From Nanobdellota archaeon (GTDB taxonomy: Archaea > Nanobdellota > Nanobdellia > Pacearchaeales > GW2011-AR1), in the NCBI GenBank assembly GCA_030688225.1, contig JAUYIO010000039.1:1-32707 (forward strand): DNA of 32,707 nucleotides. The letters are read 5' to 3'. This document shows, one piece after another, positions 7,028-15,036 of the stretch (positions within the stretch are counted from its first letter, which is position 1; each line of letters begins with the position of its first letter). A program made the translations under genes and the position numbers. The notes under the pieces are model-generated. The model did not search any database and was not told the origin of the DNA. It saw only the letters and a list, made by a program, of their open reading frames with translations.

Positions 7028-7127
7028 AGCTCGCGACCCCACTAAAATTTTTGAGGTTATATCGTGAAATCGCTCGGGATGAGGTTGTGGAACCTTGAAG
7101 GTTCCTGAAAGGAGGTAATATACAGAA

Positions 7128-7181
7128 ATGTATATACCTTACGTATACACAGAGAAATATATACTATTTAAATGTTTCTAA
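7128..7181 (+). CDS. Possible 17-codon small ORF (MYIPYVYTEKYILFKCF)
   Basis: A perfect AAGGAGGT at 7109-7116 lies 11 nt upstream of the ATG. The same octamer precedes the ATG at 25570. The ORF is very short and this call is speculative. Confidence 0.2.
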   Translation: MYIPYVYTEKYILFKCF

Positions 7182-7230
7182 AAAAAAGATTATAAAACAT
7201 TTTAAAAACTCTTTTTAGTTTTAATTGTCT

Positions 7231-7872
7231 ATGGATATTAAAGAGGGATGGAAAAAATTCTGGCATTTGTTGTGGAAAGATAATAGCTGGAAAGGTTGGA
7301 TTTTCTCGTTGGTGTTCTTGTTAGTTTTTTTCAAATTAATTTTTTTTCCAGGATTATCATTGATAACAGGGAGTTCTCTTCCTCTTGCAATTGTAGAATC
7401 CTGTAGCATGTATCATGAGAATAATATGTTTTCAAATTATGATAAGTGGTGGAACGAACATGAACAGAAATATTCAAAATACAACTTGACAAAACAAGAA
7501 TTTGAAGATTTCTCTTTCTACAAAGGATTCAGCAAGGGAGATATTCTGTTAATTGTAGAAGCAAATCCTGAAAAATTAAAAGTCGGTGACATAATCATTT
7601 TCCAATCAGGAACAGGAACTCCTGTAATTCATAGAATAATAAACATAGAGAATAAAGACGGAGAATATTTTTTTGACACAATTGGAGATAACAATAATGA
7701 AATTCTCACACCTTCAAATAACGCAGGAGGAGTAGACGAAAGAAATATAAAAGAAGAACAATTAGTTGGAAAAGCTGTATTCAGAGTTGCTCCTTACCTT
7801 GGATGGATGAAATTAATTTTTTATGAGCATCTTCGTCCAGAATATGAAAAAGGATTGTGTCATGAAAATTAA
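7231..7872 (+). CDS. Signal peptidase I, archaeal/Sec11 type (S26B)
   Basis: It has an N-terminal TM, the Ser box LAIVESCSMYH (compare SGSM.P) and the His box GTPVIHRIINI. The track start at 7225 is TTG, so the ATG at 7231 is preferred. Confidence 0.8.
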   Translation: MDIKEGWKKFWHLLWKDNSWKGWIFSLVFLLVFFKLIFFPGLSLITGSSLPLAIVESCSMYHENNMFSNYDKWWNEHEQKYSKYNLTKQEFEDFSFYKGFSKGDILLIVEANPEKLKVGDIIIFQSGTGTPVIHRIINIENKDGEYFFDTIGDNNNEILTPSNNAGGVDERNIKEEQLVGKAVFRVAPYLGWMKLIFYEHLRPEYEKGLCHEN

Positions 7873-7915
7873 AAATAAACAAAAAACTTAAAAAGAGGTT
7901 AAATTAAAACATACG

Positions 7916-8224
7916 ATGGAATTTTGTCCAAAATGCGGAGCAGTATTGATTCAGAAAACAAAAAATTACGGATGTCCCAGATGCAATTACTCTTCAAAAG
8001 AAAAAGTAAAAATAAAAGCGTCTGAAAAAATAGGTGAGAAAAAGAAAATCACAGTCATAAGGGAAAAAGATTCCCAGGTGTTCCCAGTTATTGCAGAGAC
8101 ATGTAAAAAATGTGGGCACGAAGAAGCTTATTTCTGGACAGTTCAAACACGTTCAGGAGATGAAGCCGAAACAAAATTCTTCAAATGCACAAAGTGTAGT
8201 AATACTTGGAGAGAGTATAGATAA
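7916..8224 (+). CDS. tfs: Transcription factor S (TFIIS/RpoM-like)
   Basis: The N-terminal Zn ribbon is CPKCG...CPRC. The C-terminal ribbon is CKKCGHEEAYFWTVQTRSGDEAETKFFKCTKC, carrying the acidic RSGDE hairpin. Confidence 0.9.
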   Translation: MEFCPKCGAVLIQKTKNYGCPRCNYSSKEKVKIKASEKIGEKKKITVIREKDSQVFPVIAETCKKCGHEEAYFWTVQTRSGDEAETKFFKCTKCSNTWREYR

Positions 8225-8275
8225 TATATTCTAAAGTATAATTTATTTTAAAAAGAAGAGTCTCATAAAATAATT

Positions 8276-8653
8276 ATGGAACTTATAACGCATATTTTTG
8301 GAAGAGAAAAAATTAAACCTGTTAGAAAAGCGCAAAGATATCCCTGTCCTTTTTATGGATTTTCTTTGGATTTGGGGATGTTAACAGATACGAAAGGGAA
8401 TCAATGTGCATTAATCACAGAAAGTTGCAGCCCATGCAGAATGGAGATGGATGGTCAAACGCCAAGCTGGGTAAATTGTAATTACATAAATAATGAAAAT
8501 AATACAAACTCTATAGAAAAGATTGATAATGCAAGAGATAATATTAGGGTTTTCCCTGATGAGTTTTACCAAGAGGAAATGAGAGTATGGACTGGAATAA
8601 AATTTAAAGATTGGATTAAATATACTTTAGGAAAAAATAGTCTGATTTCTTAA
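8276..8653 (+). CDS. Hypothetical Cys-rich protein (125 aa)
   Basis: This is a clean ORF with five Cys in its N-terminal half. I recognise no family. Confidence 0.45.
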   Translation: MELITHIFGREKIKPVRKAQRYPCPFYGFSLDLGMLTDTKGNQCALITESCSPCRMEMDGQTPSWVNCNYINNENNTNSIEKIDNARDNIRVFPDEFYQEEMRVWTGIKFKDWIKYTLGKNSLIS

Positions 8654-8660
8654 TAGATAA

Positions 8661-8669
8661 AAATATAAA
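8661..8669 (+). promoter_or_regulatory. TATA-like box for the tRNA gene
   Basis: AAATATAAA lies 24 nt upstream of tRNA position 1. Confidence 0.35.
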
Positions 8670-8693
8670 CAAAATATTTCTAGTAAAATTATT

Positions 8694-8787
8694 GGCTCCG
8701 TAGCTCAGCCTGGTTAGAGCACCGGACTCTTAGGAAATTAATTTCAAAGAAATCCGGGTGTCGTGGGTTCAAATCCCATCGGGGCCA
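8694..8787 (+). tRNA. tRNA-Lys (anticodon CUU at 8729-8731) with a roughly 19-nt intron at the canonical 37/38 position (about 8733-8751); CCA not encoded
   Basis: The cloverleaf was folded by hand. The acceptor stem is GGCTCCG/CGGGGCC and the D stem is GCTC/GAGC. The anticodon stem is CCGGA/TCCGG. The T arm is GTGGG-TTCAAAT-CCCAT and the discriminator is A. The intron contains the GAAATT/AATTTC self-complement. Confidence 0.85.
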
Positions 8788-8838
8788 TATTTGTTATAAA
8801 ACAATAATTCTTAAAAAGTATTTATTTATTAAAAGATA

Positions 8839-9231
8839 ATGAATCAAAGAAAAATTCTGGAAGGATTATTAAAACACTTACAGGAAATGAATCTTGGAGA
8901 GAAAATAGAAGGAGAAGATTTGCATTTTTCTATATGGTTTTATTATAATGGAAGACATTTTCAAATGGAGGAGTACAACCAATCAAGCAAGTTAAATTTT
9001 TGGTTATGTAAAAAAGATAATATTATATGGTATCAAATATCCTCAAAAGAAAAAATGTTAGAAATATTCTCAAGGGGAAAAGGTTGGGAAATTTGCGAAG
9101 GAATAATAAGCCAAGATAATCCATTGGGAAATCACTATCTAAAACTATATCCTTTAACAAACTTTTCTGATAAATTTGAAGCAAGAATTTATTCTACCAA
9201 AATAGTTAAAGACCAGACTATAATGAATTAA
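8839..9231 (+). CDS. Hypothetical protein (130 aa)
   Basis: This is a clean ORF with an ATG start. I recognise no motifs. Confidence 0.45.
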   Translation: MNQRKILEGLLKHLQEMNLGEKIEGEDLHFSIWFYYNGRHFQMEEYNQSSKLNFWLCKKDNIIWYQISSKEKMLEIFSRGKGWEICEGIISQDNPLGNHYLKLYPLTNFSDKFEARIYSTKIVKDQTIMN

Positions 9232-9234
9232 ATT

Positions 9235-9261
9235 TATCCCCTATGTTTCCAAAACTCAATA
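9235..9261. repeat. 27-bp perfect direct repeat, copy 1 (TATCCCCTATGTTTCCAAAACTCAATA)
   Basis: It is identical to 9897-9923. It overlaps the stop codon region of ORF 9256-9864. Confidence 0.9.
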
Positions 9262-9864
9262 AACAGGAGAGACTTCAACAAATAGATTATAAGTTATAGG
9301 AGAATTCGTAGTTTCAATAATCAAATTATAATTCCCTGAAGATAGATAAAAATTGTTTAGAAAATAAATAGTAGAATTTTCAGATGATTCTAAATAGTAG
9401 AAAAGTTCTCCTTTTTCATAACGATAAAACTCGTTTCCTTCAAGAAGATAAATATTAGAATTAGAATTTGAACTGAAATTAAGATTCAAATAAGAAGAAT
9501 CATATAAATTAATAGCATAAGATTGGTAATAATCATTTTCAAGAACTTGATCTTTTTCATCAAGTAAAATTTGACTACTATAATCTAAAGAAAATATCCT
9601 TACTAAAACAATCAATAAAAAAATAGAAGAAAAGACCAAAGCAACTATTGCAAAAGGTTTTTTCTTATATCTAACAAGATGGATTATTGAAACAACAAAA
9701 TTAAAAAATATAGAAACTCCCACAAGAAATGCGAGAAATAGTTCTCTATTAGTTTCAAAAGAAAAATCAAAAACTAACGCTAATAATAATAAAACAATCA
9801 TCAGATAAAAAGAAATTCTAAGAGAATACCAAACAAACCCTTTTTTAGATTCTTTTCCAGACAT
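9256..9864 (-). CDS. Membrane protein (3 N-terminal TMs) with an Asn/Ser/Tyr-rich beta-type C-terminal domain
   Basis: The ORF is 202 aa. It has hydrophobic segments in the first ~95 residues and a low-complexity NLNFSSNSNSNIY region. Confidence 0.55.
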   Translation of the reverse strand: MSGKESKKGFVWYSLRISFYLMIVLLLLALVFDFSFETNRELFLAFLVGVSIFFNFVVSIIHLVRYKKKPFAIVALVFSSIFLLIVLVRIFSLDYSSQILLDEKDQVLENDYYQSYAINLYDSSYLNLNFSSNSNSNIYLLEGNEFYRYEKGELFYYLESSENSTIYFLNNFYLSSGNYNLIIETTNSPITYNLFVEVSPVY

Positions 9865-9895
9865 TAAAAAAATAAAACAAACAAATTATTTAAAC

Positions 9896-10093
9896 CTATC
9901 CCCTATGTTTCCAAAACTCAATAGCTCTGAATCTCTTCATAACTTTTTCATAACTTCCTTTTGGAACAAGAACTTTTGTCTTCGCTTCATTCAACAATCT
10001 AAAATCATATCGCGAAACAGAAAATTTCAGCTTGGATTTTCCAGGATATTTTTTCCACCTTGATTCAGATTTTAGTTTATACTGCAAAACCAT
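9896..10093 (-). CDS. Hypothetical basic protein (65 aa)
   Basis: The ATG at 10093 has TTTATATT 22 nt upstream. I recognise no family. Confidence 0.4.
   Translation of the reverse strand: MVLQYKLKSESRWKKYPGKSKLKFSVSRYDFRLLNEAKTKVLVPKGSYEKVMKRFRAIEFWKHRG
9897..9923. repeat. 27-bp perfect direct repeat, copy 2
   Basis: It is identical to 9235-9261. Here it encodes the last 8 codons plus the stop (IEFWKHRG*) of ORF 9896-10093. Confidence 0.9.
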
Positions 10094-10419
10094 TTAACAA
10101 ATTAACAAATTAAGAAATATAAATTTTACTATGAGATTATGTTCACAATAAAATACTCTGCTCCAAAGTCGCAGTTATAAAAGAATATTTAATATAATCT
10201 GGGTAATGAATTAATACGATAAAAAATATTTTTCCTCTATTAACAATTATAAATTAATCGTGAGCAACTTGTTGCGAACCTATTCTAAGCGAACGTAATG
10301 CGAGAATAGAGAATCTATTTTAACAAACTTCTTTCGGAAAATCGTGACAAAGTCCGATTTGGAGAAATCTAATCAATCGCAAGGCTTAAGCCGAGCATAT
10401 CTTTCAGGGGCATGAATTG

Positions 10420-10686
10420 TTATCTAACTAATTTCTGTATATTCTCTATTGCATCTGCAACTTCTTTTCCTTTCTTAGTCAGTTGTATCACCTTTATTCG
10501 CCCCTTTTTTTCAAAAACAACCAACTTCAATTCTTCAAGTGTCTGCAAAATTTTTACTGCATGGCTATAAGTGCAATCAACTTCTTTAGCCAAAACACTT
10601 CCATACCTCATCCGCGTATTCTTCTTCAAAGAAACCAACATCAAAGCCGGCTTTCTCCTGAAAAAGATATCAAAGTTATCTTTCAT
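10420..10686 (-). CDS. Winged helix-turn-helix transcriptional regulator (88 aa)
   Basis: The sequence RYGSVLAKEVDCTYSHAVKILQTLEELKLVVFEKKGRIKVIQLTKKG fits the helix-turn-helix plus beta-wing pattern of ArsR/MarR/TrmB-type proteins. Confidence 0.65.
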   Translation of the reverse strand: MKDNFDIFFRRKPALMLVSLKKNTRMRYGSVLAKEVDCTYSHAVKILQTLEELKLVVFEKKGRIKVIQLTKKGKEVADAIENIQKLVR

Positions 10687-10828
10687 TTTATTTGAACATA
10701 GATATTTTAACCTATATATCCCGATAATGTCTTCCTTTTAAATGTTTTGTAGAATATATTTCACTTACGCATAGTAATAATAACTTTGAACTTCAAAATA
10801 TTTATAATTAACAAAAATATGTAATTCT

Positions 10829-11440
10829 ATGGAAAAGAAAAAAACAAGAATACTTGCAGTAGGAGATATTCATGGGGACACAAGACTTGTAAGCAGACTA
10901 GCAAAAAAAGCACAAAAAGAAAACATAGATTTAGTCATTCTTGCAGGAGATTTAACAAGCCATAGCGAAACTCCAAATTTGATAAAACCATTTAAAGAAG
11001 CAAATAAAAAAGTCTTGTTAATTCCTGGAAACTGGGACTCTTTCGCAACAACTGATTTTCTTGCAGAAATTTACGGAGTGAGAAACATTCATGGCTATTC
11101 TGTTAAATATGACGACATAGGATTTTTCGGGGCAGGAGGAGCAGAAGGTCCTGGAGAAGGAAGAATCACAGACGAAGAAATTTTTCAAACATTAGTAAAA
11201 GCTCATTCAGGATTAAAAGACGTCAAAAAGAAAGTCATGATTACCCACATGCATCCTGCAAACTCAAAATCAGAATTCTCAGGAGTTCCTGGGAGCAGCT
11301 CTATAGAAAAAGCAATAAAAAAATTCAAACCAGATTTCTTGCTGCACTCCCACATTCACGAAGCAGGAGGAGTTGAAGAAAAAATAGGGAAGACAAGAGT
11401 GATAAATGTTTCAAGAAAAGAAAAAATTTTTGAAATTTGA
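10829..11440 (+). CDS. Calcineurin-like metallophosphoesterase
   Basis: The motifs are GDIHGD, LAGDL, GNWD, THMHP and HSHIHE. Confidence 0.85.
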   Translation: MEKKKTRILAVGDIHGDTRLVSRLAKKAQKENIDLVILAGDLTSHSETPNLIKPFKEANKKVLLIPGNWDSFATTDFLAEIYGVRNIHGYSVKYDDIGFFGAGGAEGPGEGRITDEEIFQTLVKAHSGLKDVKKKVMITHMHPANSKSEFSGVPGSSSIEKAIKKFKPDFLLHSHIHEAGGVEEKIGKTRVINVSRKEKIFEI

Positions 11441-11474
11441 AAACCCTTAAAAACCCCTATCATTCATAATAAGA

Positions 11475-13886
11475 ATGCCAAAAAAACCTAAAAAATCAAA
11501 AGAAGAGAGAATAGCTGAAAATTATTTTCCGGTTTATAAAGAAGATTTAAAGAGGACTATTGAAAAAGAATACAAAGAAATTGACCCAAAATCTCTTGAA
11601 AAAATAGAAGAGGTGAAACAGATTAAAACAAAAAGAAAATATTCTAGAAAAAAATCTTCCAAAAATAAGACAAGTCCAAAAAAGAGAAAAACAATAGAAA
11701 AAAAATTCATTCCTCCGAAGATTTCTCTGAAACCAAATGGTTATGAATTCATCATAACAGAAAAACCACAGGCAGCATTGAAAATCGCTTCTGCTTTAGG
11801 AAAATCAATTCAAAAAGATATTAACAAAATTCCTTATTATGAAGTAAATCGGCAAGGAAAAAAAATAATAGTTGGGTGTGCTGTAGGACATTTATTCACA
11901 TTAAAACAAAACGAAAGTGGATTTCAAATCCCAATCTTCAACATAAGCTGGACTCCAAATTATCTTGTAAAAAAGAATGATTTTACAAAAAGATATTATG
12001 ATGCTCTTCTAAAACTTGCAAAAGATGCTGGAAACTTGACAGTTGCAACAGATTACGATACAGAAGGTGAAGTCATTGGTTTAAACGTTGTAAGATTTAT
12101 CTGCGGACAAAAAGATGCAAACAGAATGAAATTCTCAACCTTAACAGAAAAAGAATTAAATGAATCTTATGAAAATAAATCTTCAAGAATAGATTGGGGA
12201 CAGGCAATTGCAGGAGAAACACGCCATTATCTTGATTGGTTTTATGGAATAAATCTTTCAAGAGCTTTAATGAATGCGATAAAAAGCACAGGGAATTTCA
12301 GGATAATGTCAATAGGGAGAGTTCAAGGTCCTGCACTAAATCTAATTGTAAAAAAAGAAAGAGAAATTGGAAAATTCATCTCAAAACCTTTTTGGCAGGT
12401 TTTTATAAACGTCAGCGATGGAAAAAACAAAGTTGAATTAAGATACCATAAAGATATCTTTGACAAAAAAGAATTGGAAAAGTTCAATAATCTTGTTGGA
12501 AAAACTGCAAAAGCCCAAACAAAAAAAACAGAACAGATAATTCCTCCAAATCCTCCTTTTAATCTGACAACTCTGCAAACAGAAGCATACAAATTTCATG
12601 GGATAACTCCTTCAGAAACCTTGAGATTTGCACAATCCCTTTATCTCGCAGGATTAATTTCTTATCGAAGAACTTCAAGTCAGAAACTTCCAGCATCAAT
12701 AGATTATCAGACAATTCTAAAAAAACTTGCAAGAGAATATAATGTAGAAAAATTAATCACAAAAACAAAACCTATAGAAGGAAAAAAATCAGACCCTGCT
12801 CACCCTTCAATTTATCCAACAGGAAACACACAAATTTTAGCAGGACAAGAAGAGAAAATATATAATTTAATTGTAAAAAGATTCCTTTCTCTTTTCTGCG
12901 ACAATGCAATAATCCACAAAAAGACAGTAAAAGCAGAGGTTGAGATTAACGCAGAAAAAATTTTGAAGTTATCGCAGCAAAAAGGAGAGGGTGAGGGGCA
13001 AAAGAATTCAGTATCAGAAATTGGGGGAAAAGCGATAACTCAAGAAAAATTAATCTTCACTGCAAATGGTGCTTCAATAAAAAAGAAAAATTGGATGGAG
13101 ATTTATCCTTTCAAACTCCAAGAAAAAGAAATTCCTGATTTAGAAGGCGATGTAAAAATAATTGACTTAAAAACAGAAGAGAAAAAAACACAACCTCCAA
13201 AAAGATATTCTCCTGCATCAATTGTTTCAGAACTTGAAAAGAGAAATCTTGGAACAAAAGCAACAAGATCTTCAATACTTGAAACACTTTACGATAGAGG
13301 ATACATAAAAGAAAAAAGCATTGAAGCAACTTCTTTGGGAATGTCTTTAATCTCAACGCTTGAAAAATATTCTCCGATAATAATTGATGAAAAACTTACA
13401 AGAACTTTTGAAAATGAAATGGAAGACATCCAAAAAAGTAAAAAAGATTTTGAAAAGAAAAAAGAAAAAGTCATTAACGAAGCCAAAGAAACAATAAGGA
13501 AAATCTCAGAAGATTTTGAAAAGAAAGAAGATAAGATAGGAAAAGAACTTTTGCAGGCAAATAATGAATTAATAGAAAAACAAAAAGAAGAAAACAAACT
13601 GACAATCTGTCCTGTTTGCAAAAAAGGATATTTAGCAATAACTTATTCCAAGAAAACAAGAAGATATTTTGTAGCTTGTAATGCTTATCCAGAATGCAAA
13701 ACAACATATTCTCTTCCTCCAAACGGCTTAATAAAAAAAACAGATAAAATTTGTGAAGGATGTGGTTTTCCAATGTTAATGCTCTTGAAAAAGGGAAGAA
13801 AACCTTGGATTTTCTGCTTTAATAGAGAATGTCCAACAAACAAAAAGAGAATTGAAGAATACAGAAAAAGACAAGAACAACAATAA
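11475..13886 (+). CDS. topA: DNA topoisomerase, type IA (TopA-like), with a Lys-rich N-terminal extension and C-terminal Zn fingers
   Basis: The Toprim motifs are EFIITEKPQAA and DYDTEGE. The active-site Tyr region is GLISYRRTSS. The C-terminal fingers are CPVC...C..YPEC and CEGCG...CFNREC. There is no helicase domain, so this is not reverse gyrase. Confidence 0.9.
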   Translation: MPKKPKKSKEERIAENYFPVYKEDLKRTIEKEYKEIDPKSLEKIEEVKQIKTKRKYSRKKSSKNKTSPKKRKTIEKKFIPPKISLKPNGYEFIITEKPQAALKIASALGKSIQKDINKIPYYEVNRQGKKIIVGCAVGHLFTLKQNESGFQIPIFNISWTPNYLVKKNDFTKRYYDALLKLAKDAGNLTVATDYDTEGEVIGLNVVRFICGQKDANRMKFSTLTEKELNESYENKSSRIDWGQAIAGETRHYLDWFYGINLSRALMNAIKSTGNFRIMSIGRVQGPALNLIVKKEREIGKFISKPFWQVFINVSDGKNKVELRYHKDIFDKKELEKFNNLVGKTAKAQTKKTEQIIPPNPPFNLTTLQTEAYKFHGITPSETLRFAQSLYLAGLISYRRTSSQKLPASIDYQTILKKLAREYNVEKLITKTKPIEGKKSDPAHPSIYPTGNTQILAGQEEKIYNLIVKRFLSLFCDNAIIHKKTVKAEVEINAEKILKLSQQKGEGEGQKNSVSEIGGKAITQEKLIFTANGASIKKKNWMEIYPFKLQEKEIPDLEGDVKIIDLKTEEKKTQPPKRYSPASIVSELEKRNLGTKATRSSILETLYDRGYIKEKSIEATSLGMSLISTLEKYSPIIIDEKLTRTFENEMEDIQKSKKDFEKKKEKVINEAKETIRKISEDFEKKEDKIGKELLQANNELIEKQKEENKLTICPVCKKGYLAITYSKKTRRYFVACNAYPECKTTYSLPPNGLIKKTDKICEGCGFPMLMLLKKGRKPWIFCFNRECPTNKKRIEEYRKRQEQQ

Positions 13887-13914
13887 TTAAAAACAAACTT
13901 TTTCTCAAGGGATT

Positions 13915-14259
13915 ATGGTAGAAATATTAGATCAAAAAGAAATTGATAGACTTATGACCATGGCTATGTCTCCTGATGAAAGCGGAGAAAGTTTAGATTC
14001 AACTCATCCTGCCTTGGGTGAAGAACCAGTTGATGGAAGAAAATATTTTACGCCTCCTAAAAGAAATCCGATAGGATTTGAAAAAAGATACAAAACTCCT
14101 CTTTTAAAAAGGAGGAAAATCATTTACAATCCTCCAACAGAAATAGAAGAAAATCCATTGCATTGCACTCGCGAATCTCCTGTTGTTGTAAGAACTCTTG
14201 ATAATTATAATCAAATGATAGAAAAAAGAAACCAGTATGCAAAAAGAAGAACTGCTTAA
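13915..14259 (+). CDS. Hypothetical protein (114 aa)
   Basis: This is a clean ORF 28 nt after topA. It is Pro/Lys/Arg-rich and I recognise no family. Confidence 0.4.
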   Translation: MVEILDQKEIDRLMTMAMSPDESGESLDSTHPALGEEPVDGRKYFTPPKRNPIGFEKRYKTPLLKRRKIIYNPPTEIEENPLHCTRESPVVVRTLDNYNQMIEKRNQYAKRRTA

Positions 14260-14987
14260 AATAGTCTCTTCTTAAAAATACCCTCGTTCTTGATTTCAAA
14301 AGCTAATTCCTTTTCTTTCAAACTTCTATGCTTCAACAAAATAGCTTTTCTCTTGCTCCCTTCTTGTTGCAATTCAATTATGCATTTACTCCAATATTTC
14401 AAGAGATTTCCTCCGACAATATTAACTTCTCGCTTAACACCTTTTCTCCAATCTTCTTCAGACAAAAAACCTTCATAAACCTGATTAGTTACAATTACAG
14501 GGATGCCTTTTTTTCTCGCAATTTCAGAAAGAACTCTCATCTGCTTTGCAACTTCTCTATTAACTTGTTTTATTTGAGAATCTTCTTTAGACTGAACAGC
14601 ATCCCCTAATTCAAGCCTGTAAAGAGTCGCCATCCCATCAATAACAATTAAACTTATTTGCTCCTTTTTTATTTTCTCAAGCAATTTAAGGAAAAATTTT
14701 TGCTGTTCTTGAAAACTAGTCGGTTCTAACAAAAAAATATTCTCTAAAACTTCTTTATAATTATCTCCAACAATTTGCTTGACTCTTTCAACAGAAAAAC
14801 CTCCTTCAGTATCCACAAAAATAACTTTGTTTCCTTTTTTCGCCTGACTACACGCAACAAGAACACAAAAATTAGTTTTCCCACTTCCAGGCGGTCCTGC
14901 AATCATAGTCACAACATCTGTTTCATAACCTCCATAAAGCCATGTATTCAAATCATAACTCCCAGTTGAAATTCTTCCCATACTCAT
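14256..14987 (-). CDS. radB: RadB/KaiC-like RecA-superfamily ATPase
   Basis: The sequence is ISTGSYDLNTWLYGGYETDVVTMIAGPPGSGKTNFC (Walker A). It also has VIFVDTEG and the Walker B LIVIDG. The 243-aa size is typical of RadB. Confidence 0.75.
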   Translation of the reverse strand: MSMGRISTGSYDLNTWLYGGYETDVVTMIAGPPGSGKTNFCVLVACSQAKKGNKVIFVDTEGGFSVERVKQIVGDNYKEVLENIFLLEPTSFQEQQKFFLKLLEKIKKEQISLIVIDGMATLYRLELGDAVQSKEDSQIKQVNREVAKQMRVLSEIARKKGIPVIVTNQVYEGFLSEEDWRKGVKREVNIVGGNLLKYWSKCIIELQQEGSKRKAILLKHRSLKEKELAFEIKNEGIFKKRLF

Positions 14988-15036
14988 AAAAAAATCAGAG
15001 ATTTAGAATTAATAAGATTTTGTGTGATAAATTAAT

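Noticed and set aside
7060-7115. C/D-box or H/ACA sRNA in the GC-rich part of the 6991-7230 spacer (GGATGA ... CTGA)
   Set aside because: The C-box-like GGATGA is non-canonical. The C-to-D distance (22 nt) is too short for a two-guide archaeal sRNA, and there is no C'/D' pair or ACA-box geometry.
11475-13886. Reverse gyrase as the identity of the 803-aa topoisomerase
   Set aside because: The protein has no helicase (Walker A / DEAD) module. Its domain order is Toprim, topo IA core and Zn fingers only.
13915-14259. N-terminal 'EILDQKEIDRLM', resembling the FliM/FliN 'LSQ(D/E)EIDALL' CheY-binding peptide
   Set aside because: It is a single short motif in an archaeal context with no bacterial flagellar genes. 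The rest of the protein has no FliM/FliN similarity, so this is probably coincidence.
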